A stretch of DNA of 55,971 nt from the NCBI GenBank assembly GCA_050015875.1, contig JBEKAP010000001.1, forward strand, positions 1 through 55,971, in the 5' to 3' direction. The stretch comes from Candidatus Dormibacteria bacterium. Its GTDB lineage: Bacteria; Chloroflexota; Dormibacteria; Aeolococcales; Aeolococcaceae. Below, piece by piece: positions 50,861 to 55,971 of this stretch. Under the pieces are notes generated by a model. The model did not search any database. It worked only from the letters and a program-made list of their open reading frames with translations, and was not told the origin of the DNA. A program made the translations under genes and the position numbers. Within the stretch, counting starts at the first letter, position 1; each line of letters begins with the position of its first letter.

Positions 50861-51286
50861 GTGAGCCCTCACTCTCGCCCCGCGGACCTCGGCGGCTCCT
50901 CGCCGCGCCGGGAGGAGGAGGTGGCCGGCCAGGATGTCCTGCGCCTGGAGGGGATGCGCTTCTTCGGCCATCACGGCTGCCTGGCCGACGAGCGCAACGC
51001 CGGGGTGCACCTCGACGTCGACGTGGAGGTGCGGACCGACACCCGCGAGGCCGCGCGGAGCGACCGGGTCGAGGACACCACCGACTACGCGCGGCTCGTC
51101 GAGATGTGCCGGCGGGTCGTCGAGGACGCCAGCTATCACCTGGTCGAGACGGTCGCGGAGCGGCTTGCCGATGAGCTCCTGAAGGAGCCGAGGGTGGTGT
51201 CGGTGCAGGTCCGCGTCGCCAAGCGGCCTCCGCTCGCCGTGGCGGTGGACCGCTTCAGCGTCACCGTGGAGCGGCGCCGCGGGTGA
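50861..51286 (+). CDS. folB: Dihydroneopterin aldolase
   Basis: Motifs VLRLEGMRFFGHHGCLADERNAG and TTDYARL, with a C-terminal VRVAKRPP. The real start may be the internal GTG at 50921. Confidence 0.8.
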   Translation: MSPHSRPADLGGSSPRREEEVAGQDVLRLEGMRFFGHHGCLADERNAGVHLDVDVEVRTDTREAARSDRVEDTTDYARLVEMCRRVVEDASYHLVETVAERLADELLKEPRVVSVQVRVAKRPPLAVAVDRFSVTVERRRG

Positions 51287-52149
51287 GCGCGAACATCATC
51301 GACGGCAGCGCCATCGCCAAGGCGATCCGGGCCGAGATCGCGACCGAGGTGACGGCCATGGTCGCCGAGGGGCTGGGCGCCCCGCACCTCGCCGTCGTGC
51401 TCTGCGGGGACGATCCCGCCAGCGCCACCTACGTGCGCAACAAGAGCCGCGCCGCCGAGCGGGCCGGCATCCGCTTCACCCTCCAGACCCCTGACGGCGG
51501 CGCCTCCACGGCGGAGATCCTCGACCTCTGCGCGCGGCTCCGCGATGACCCCGACATCGACGGCATGCTGGTCCAGCTGCCGCTGCCACGCCAGATCGAC
51601 GCCGGCGCGGTCCTGGAGGCGGTGCCCGCCGCCAAGGATGCCGACGGCTTCCATCCCCTGAACCTCGGCCGCCTCGCCGCCGGAGGGGTTCCCCCGGTGC
51701 TGCCCGGGACCCCGCTCGGCTGCATGGAGCTGCTCCGTCGATCCGGTGTGCCGATCGCCGGGAGCCGGGCGGTGGTGGTCGGGCGCAGCGTCATCGTCGG
51801 GCGACCCCTCGCCCTGCTGCTGGTCAACGCGGACGCGACCGTCACCGTCTGCCACTCCAAGACCCGTGACCTGGCCGCGGTCTGCCGGGAGGCCGACATC
51901 CTGGTGGCCGCCATCGGGCGGCCGGGCATGATCACCTCCGATTTCGTGAAGCCGGGGGCCGCGGTCATCGACGTGGGCACGACGCCGGTGGACGGCAGGC
52001 TGCTCGGCGACGTCGACCGCGCGTCGGTGGAGCCGGTCGCCGGCTGGCTGACCCCGGTCCCCGGGGGGGTCGGCCCGATGACCATAGCGATGCTGCTCCG
52101 CAACACCCTGGCGCTGGCGCGGGCCCGCCGCCCCGCACCGGTCGGCTGA
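51283..52149 (+). CDS. folD: Bifunctional methylenetetrahydrofolate dehydrogenase/cyclohydrolase
   Basis: GTGA overlap with folB. Motifs IIDGSAIAKAIRAEI, VGDDPASATYVRNK, VQLPLP, VVVGRSVIVGRPLALLL and PVPGGVGPMT. Confidence 0.9.
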   Translation: MSANIIDGSAIAKAIRAEIATEVTAMVAEGLGAPHLAVVLCGDDPASATYVRNKSRAAERAGIRFTLQTPDGGASTAEILDLCARLRDDPDIDGMLVQLPLPRQIDAGAVLEAVPAAKDADGFHPLNLGRLAAGGVPPVLPGTPLGCMELLRRSGVPIAGSRAVVVGRSVIVGRPLALLLVNADATVTVCHSKTRDLAAVCREADILVAAIGRPGMITSDFVKPGAAVIDVGTTPVDGRLLGDVDRASVEPVAGWLTPVPGGVGPMTIAMLLRNTLALARARRPAPVG

Positions 52150-52724
52150 TGCCGGCGATCAGCGTCCGCTGGTCGGAGCAGGAGGCCCGCAAGCCCTACG
52201 CCCGGCCCTTCATGGTCAGCTTCACCGACGACGCCGGCGAGCCCGCCGGAGCCGTGGCCGTGAGCGGCGCCGACCTCCTCTACTACCACCAGTTCCAGAT
52301 CGCCGTGCTGGCCCTGGCCGGCGAGCTCTTCGCCGATGGCGGTGTCGACTCGCAGCCGGACCCGCAGGCCGCCTGGCTGGAGCGCCTGGCCGGGCTCCTG
52401 CCGGCCGTCGAGAGCCTGGAGCTGCATCCGGTCTCGAGCTTTGACCATGAGCGCGGCCGGCTCTTCTACATCGAGGCTCGCCTCCCCGGGGCCGCGCAGC
52501 CGGCGCTCCTCGAGGCACCGACCGTCTTCCAGTACCAGGAGCTGCAGGCGATCCTCGCCCACCAGACCGGCTGCCTCTACCGCAACCCGGCGATCGAGAG
52601 CGTCGCCGACGCCGCCCAGCGCCAGCGACTGTGGATGGACGTCCTGGGCAGCGCGTTGGATCGGCCCGGCGAGGATGAGGCGATGGCCGCCACCTGGCCC
52701 TGGAGGCCGCGACCGGAACCGTGA
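52149..52724 (+). CDS. Hypothetical protein translationally coupled between folD and folC
   Basis: 191 aa. It has a TGATG overlap with folD and a GTGA overlap with folC. Coding bias is good. No motif recognised. Confidence 0.65.
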   Translation: MPAISVRWSEQEARKPYARPFMVSFTDDAGEPAGAVAVSGADLLYYHQFQIAVLALAGELFADGGVDSQPDPQAAWLERLAGLLPAVESLELHPVSSFDHERGRLFYIEARLPGAAQPALLEAPTVFQYQELQAILAHQTGCLYRNPAIESVADAAQRQRLWMDVLGSALDRPGEDEAMAATWPWRPRPEP

Positions 52725-54031
52725 CCCCCGGGGAGACCAGCTCCGCCCCCGGCCCGGAGTCGGAGCGGCTCACCTCCACGATGGCGCGCCTGGAGGCGGC
52801 CGGCCGCTTCGGGATCGTGCCCGGCCTGGAGAGGACCCGGTGGCTCCTGGATCGCCTGGGCAACCCTCACCTCCGGCTCGGCGGGGTCCTCGTCGCCGGT
52901 ACCAATGGCAAGGGCTCGGTCGCTGCCCTGCTCGATTCCATGGCTCGGGCGGCGGGGCGCCGGACCGCGCTTCTCGCCAAGCCGCACCTGGTCCGCTGGG
53001 GCGAGCGGATCGTCCTCGATGGGGTTCCGCTGGACGGCGGTGGCTTCGGCGACCTCGCCGAGGAGGTGCTCGGGGCCGCCGATCAGGCCCCCTCCGGCGA
53101 GCATCCCACCCAATTCGAGGTGCTCACGGCCATGGGCTTCCTCGCCGCGGCCCGCCACGAGTCGGAGACAGTGATCTGCGAGGTCGGGATGGGAGGGCGC
53201 CTGGACAGCACCAACGTGGTCGACCTCGGGGGCTGCGTCATCACCAACGTCGCCCTCGACCACCGCGAATGGCTGGGTGACAGCGTGGAGGCGATCGCCG
53301 CCGAGAAGGCGGGGATACTCAAGGCCGGCGACTGGGCCGTCACCGCCGCCACCGAGCCGGCGCGAGCGGTGATAGCGGAGCGGGCTCGCGCCGTGGGCGC
53401 CCGGCTGCGTGTCCTCGAGGCGGGGCGGGACTGGCGGGGCACCAGCCTGGGGCGTGACGGGGTCGAGGTCGCCCCGGGCCGCGTCGCCGAATCGCTGACC
53501 GGACGGCCGGTGGTGCTCAGGACGCCGCTCGTGGGCATGGTCCAGGTGGAGAATCTGGCCGTCGCCGCCACGGCGGCGGCCATGCTCGGCATCCCGGACG
53601 CCGCGATCTCCGCCGGAGCGGCCTCGGTGCGGTGGCCGGGTCGCCTGCAGTGGGTCGAGGGTGCGCCCCCTCTGGTCCTCGACGGTGCCCACAACCCCGC
53701 CGCCCTGGCGGCTCTCGGCGCGGAGCTGGCCGGGCTGGCCCGCGATCGCCGGGTCGTCGCCCTCTTCGGGGCGATGGCTGACAAGCAGCTCGACGAGATG
53801 CTCCCCCATCTCAGCCGGATGGCCGCCGAGGTCGTGTTCACCTCCGTCGGAGGCGGGCGGGCAGCGCCCGCCGCCCAGCTGGCGGCGCTGTCTCAGGGGG
53901 GCACCGCCGCCGTGTCGGTGGCGGCCGGGCTGGCCGAGGCGCGGCGGCGGGCCGGAGCGTCCGGGCTCGTCCTGGTCTGCGGATCGCTCGCCCTGGTCGG
54001 GGCGGTGCTGGCCCTTCTCGAGGCGGGCTGA
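52721..54031 (+). CDS. folC: Dihydrofolate synthase / folylpolyglutamate synthase
   Basis: Motif FGIVPGLERTRWLLDRLGNP. P-loop VAGTNGKGSVAA. Also EVGMGGRLDSTNV and DGAHNPAA. Confidence 0.9.
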   Translation: MTPGETSSAPGPESERLTSTMARLEAAGRFGIVPGLERTRWLLDRLGNPHLRLGGVLVAGTNGKGSVAALLDSMARAAGRRTALLAKPHLVRWGERIVLDGVPLDGGGFGDLAEEVLGAADQAPSGEHPTQFEVLTAMGFLAAARHESETVICEVGMGGRLDSTNVVDLGGCVITNVALDHREWLGDSVEAIAAEKAGILKAGDWAVTAATEPARAVIAERARAVGARLRVLEAGRDWRGTSLGRDGVEVAPGRVAESLTGRPVVLRTPLVGMVQVENLAVAATAAAMLGIPDAAISAGAASVRWPGRLQWVEGAPPLVLDGAHNPAALAALGAELAGLARDRRVVALFGAMADKQLDEMLPHLSRMAAEVVFTSVGGGRAAPAAQLAALSQGGTAAVSVAAGLAEARRRAGASGLVLVCGSLALVGAVLALLEAG

Positions 54032-54050
54032 ACCGGCCGGACCGGCGGGC

Positions 54051-54377
54051 TCAGGCCACTCCGGTCAGGTGCAGAAGGTTCTCCACCGGGGCGATCAGGC
54101 TGAGGACCGCAAACAGCGAGATCACCACGAGCCGCAGCCGCCAGCGCAGCCGGAGCGTCAAGAGGACCGTCACGACGACCACGGCGAGGGCCAGCTTGAC
54201 CCCGAACGCCGCCGCCGGGTGGGTGTCGAGGACCCCGCTCAGGAGTGGGTTCTCCTCCTGGAAGCGATGGGAGGAGAGGGCGAGATAGGTGGTGACACCG
54301 TCCAGGAGCTGCGCGGCGCAGAAGAGGGCGACGACCACGCGCACATCGCGCCAGGCGAGCGCGTCACGCATCAGCAT
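54051..54377 (-). CDS. Small membrane protein (DUF5658-like by recollection)
   Basis: ORF 54051-54452 trimmed to the Met at 54377. Three hydrophobic segments. The motif QLLDGVTTYLALSSHRFQEENPLL resembles the D-x-x-T ... E-x-NP pattern of that family. Confidence 0.5.
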   Translation of the reverse strand: MLMRDALAWRDVRVVVALFCAAQLLDGVTTYLALSSHRFQEENPLLSGVLDTHPAAAFGVKLALAVVVVTVLLTLRLRWRLRLVVISLFAVLSLIAPVENLLHLTGVA

Positions 54378-54494
54378 CACCCTCTCGCGCGCGAGCGCGG
54401 CCACTCCAGCCCTCCCTGACCCGATGACGCCCCTGCCCTCGTCGGCCTGCATCCAGTGTGCCGCAGCCGCCCTGAGATTGGCAAGCGCCGCTCC

Positions 54495-55487
54495 CTATTC
54501 CTGTCCCAGGATGTCGAAGCTCCCCGGAGGGCAGGCCTTGCCGGTGCTGACGGGGGAGGGGGAGAGGCCGGCCTGATCGATGTCCGCGCTCACGTTAGAG
54601 ACCCCGGACGCCCAGGTCTCCGTGGTGCCCCCGGTGACGATCCCGATCACCTCTCCGGAGGCGTCGACCACCGGCCCCCCGGAGTCACCCCCCTCGGCCC
54701 CCTGGGTGGCGTACACGAAGTCGGTGACGTGAGAGGCTTCGCTGGGGAAGTCACCCGTCCACAGGAAGGGCCCGTCGTCGATGACCGTCGCCATCTGCAC
54801 GCCGAGCTGCCCGCCGCCAAAGCCGGCCACCGCCACCCGCTCGCCGGCGGGAGCGGGCACCGCCGCCAGAGGCAGGGCTCGTGAGCTGCTGACGGGCACC
54901 GAGAGGACGGCGACATCGTTCAGGGGATCGAAGACGACCACGCTGGCGCTCACCGGCTGCTCGCCCTGGGGGCTCACGGTGACCTGCGTCGCCCCCGCCA
55001 CCACATGGGCGGCGGTCACGTAGAGACCGTTGCCCGCCGGCCAGGCTGTCCCCCCTCCGTTTCCACAGACGCCCGTCGATGCCACCTGGGCCACCGCGCG
55101 GGCGGCGGTCCGGACGCCCGCGGTGTCGACGGGGCCCGGGATGGAGGGCATCGGCGGCATGCTTGAGACGGTCGCGCCCAGCCCCGCGTGGGTGACCACG
55201 AGGCCGCCGGCGACGCCGCAGAGGAGGGCGCAGAGCAGGACGGCGAGGATTGAGATGGAGGACATGGCCGACCGGTGCGGCGGCGGCCCATCAGGCCGAG
55301 GCGAGGGGCCTGCGGTCTGCGGGGCCCACGCCGGCGGCGCCGGCCAGTTGGCCTGCGGGGCCGGAGGAGGGGGCGGTGGCGGCGGCCAGGAGCCGGCCGG
55401 CTGAGGAGGTCCCGGCGGCCAGTTGGGAGGATCAGGCGGACCCCCTGACGCAGACCATGGGTTGGCGGACGGAGGGACTCCGAGCAT
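54495..55487 (-). CDS. Membrane-anchored trypsin-like (S1 family) serine protease with Pro-rich cytoplasmic N-terminus
   Basis: Catalytic triad contexts are TAAHVV (His), NDVAVL (Asp) and GDSGGPVVD (Ser). The single TM is ISILAVLLCALLCGVAGGLVV. The N-terminus contains PPPPPPPPAP. The start is uncertain (55487 or 55622). Confidence 0.8.
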   Translation of the reverse strand: MLGVPPSANPWSASGGPPDPPNWPPGPPQPAGSWPPPPPPPPAPQANWPAPPAWAPQTAGPSPRPDGPPPHRSAMSSISILAVLLCALLCGVAGGLVVTHAGLGATVSSMPPMPSIPGPVDTAGVRTAARAVAQVASTGVCGNGGGTAWPAGNGLYVTAAHVVAGATQVTVSPQGEQPVSASVVVFDPLNDVAVLSVPVSSSRALPLAAVPAPAGERVAVAGFGGGQLGVQMATVIDDGPFLWTGDFPSEASHVTDFVYATQGAEGGDSGGPVVDASGEVIGIVTGGTTETWASGVSNVSADIDQAGLSPSPVSTGKACPPGSFDILGQE

Positions 55488-55694
55488 GCCCCGAATCGTC
55501 GCGACCACTTGTGACGGCGCATCCCATGAACCCGTCGCACGAGCTTGCCGAGCAGGAGGCAATCTGGGACGCGCAGCCGGCGCCCAGCCGCGGACGGACC
55601 CACCACCGTCGCCGACGATCACGCCACCCCGGGATCTCGGGCTCGCGCGCCCGACGCGCCCTCTGCGGGCTGACCGCCTCGGGAGCGGCCCAGC

Positions 55695-55971
55695 TCAGTG
55701 GCTGGGGGTCAGGACAGCGTCGAGCCGCGCCTTGAGTGCCGGCTTGGGCTGGTACCCGACGATCCGGTCGGCCGTCTTGCCGCCCTGGAAGACCATGAGG
55801 GTCGGGATGCTCATGACCCCGAACATCCCCGGGGTCACCGGGTTGGCGTCGACGTCGACCTTCCCGACCTTCACCCTGCCCTCGTACTCGGTGGAGAGAT
55901 CCTCGACGATCGGGGCGATCATCTTGCAGGGGGAGCACCAGGACGCCCAGAAGTCGATCAGAACGGGGACG
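55695..55971 (-). CDS. trxA: Thioredoxin (N-terminus runs off the right window edge)
   Basis: The reverse-complement frame reads ...[44 protein letters not shown]...[10 protein letters not shown]. The WCxPC active site is present as WCSPC. Confidence 0.85.
   Translation of the reverse strand, partial: VPVLIDFWASWCSPCKMIAPIVEDLSTEYEGRVKVGKVDVDANPVTPGMFGVMSIPTLMVFQGGKTADRIVGYQPKPALKARLDAVLTPSH

Noticed and set aside
1-55971. Mobile elements, CRISPR arrays, tRNA/rRNA genes, and defence-system hallmarks (nucleases, helicases, STAND/AAA ATPases, restriction-modification)
   Set aside because: I scanned the ORF translations and intergenic regions and found no transposase, integrase or Cas-like motifs, no short regularly spaced direct repeats, and no cloverleaf-like low-GC islands. 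The only repeats are the intragenic blade repeats and the paralogous membrane-protein genes.

Overview
This is a high-GC (roughly 70% by eye), gene-dense chromosomal segment. No rRNA, tRNA, CRISPR array, transposase or integrase was recognised. The gene content (FemAB, YfhO, YvcK, a CHAP hydrolase, an S11 carboxypeptidase) suggests a monoderm-type, Actinomycetota- or Chloroflexota-like bacterium, but the taxon cannot be fixed from sequence alone. I call about 50 CDSs.

About 44 kb (1-44.7 kb) is one large cell-envelope glycan or glycosylation locus. It contains:
- nucleotide-sugar genes: a long-form RmlA-like enzyme, several SDR epimerases, two sugar dehydrogenases, a GmhA-SDR-transaldolase-methyltransferase-HddA-HddC heptose operon, and Ugd plus UDP-xylose synthase;
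- at least four DPM1/GtrB-like GT2 enzymes;
- at least six very large polytopic membrane proteins: one ArnT/PMT-like, one YfhO-like, two close paralogs and two of unknown family;
- GT4 and two-domain glycosyltransferases, and three methyltransferases including a TylF-type sugar O-methyltransferase.

I saw no Wzx, Wzy, ABC exporter or priming phosphoglycosyltransferase in the window.

Three secreted enzymes (a PQQ-type propeller, a GH18 hydrolase and a CHAP hydrolase) carry the same C-terminal ~45-aa 'DVFW-GTDG-LWH' repeat module. It has seven blades in the two complete genes. The CHAP gene sits inside the glycan operon.

The right-hand 11 kb is housekeeping: membrane-anchored YvcK, two FemAB paralogs, an HU-like protein, a D-Ala-D-Ala carboxypeptidase, a zinc-ribbon/XRE pair, folB-folD-ORF-folC, a trypsin-like protease and thioredoxin.

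The main hypotheses worth testing are:
1. The propeller repeat is a cell-wall-glycan targeting (lectin) module matched to the locus product.
2. The ugd/uxs/GT2/2xGT-C-like block is an Arn-like lipid-linked pentose pathway.
3. The locus works through polyprenyl-phosphate-sugar/GT-C decoration rather than classical polymer assembly.

All family assignments come from motif recognition by eye. No database search was run.
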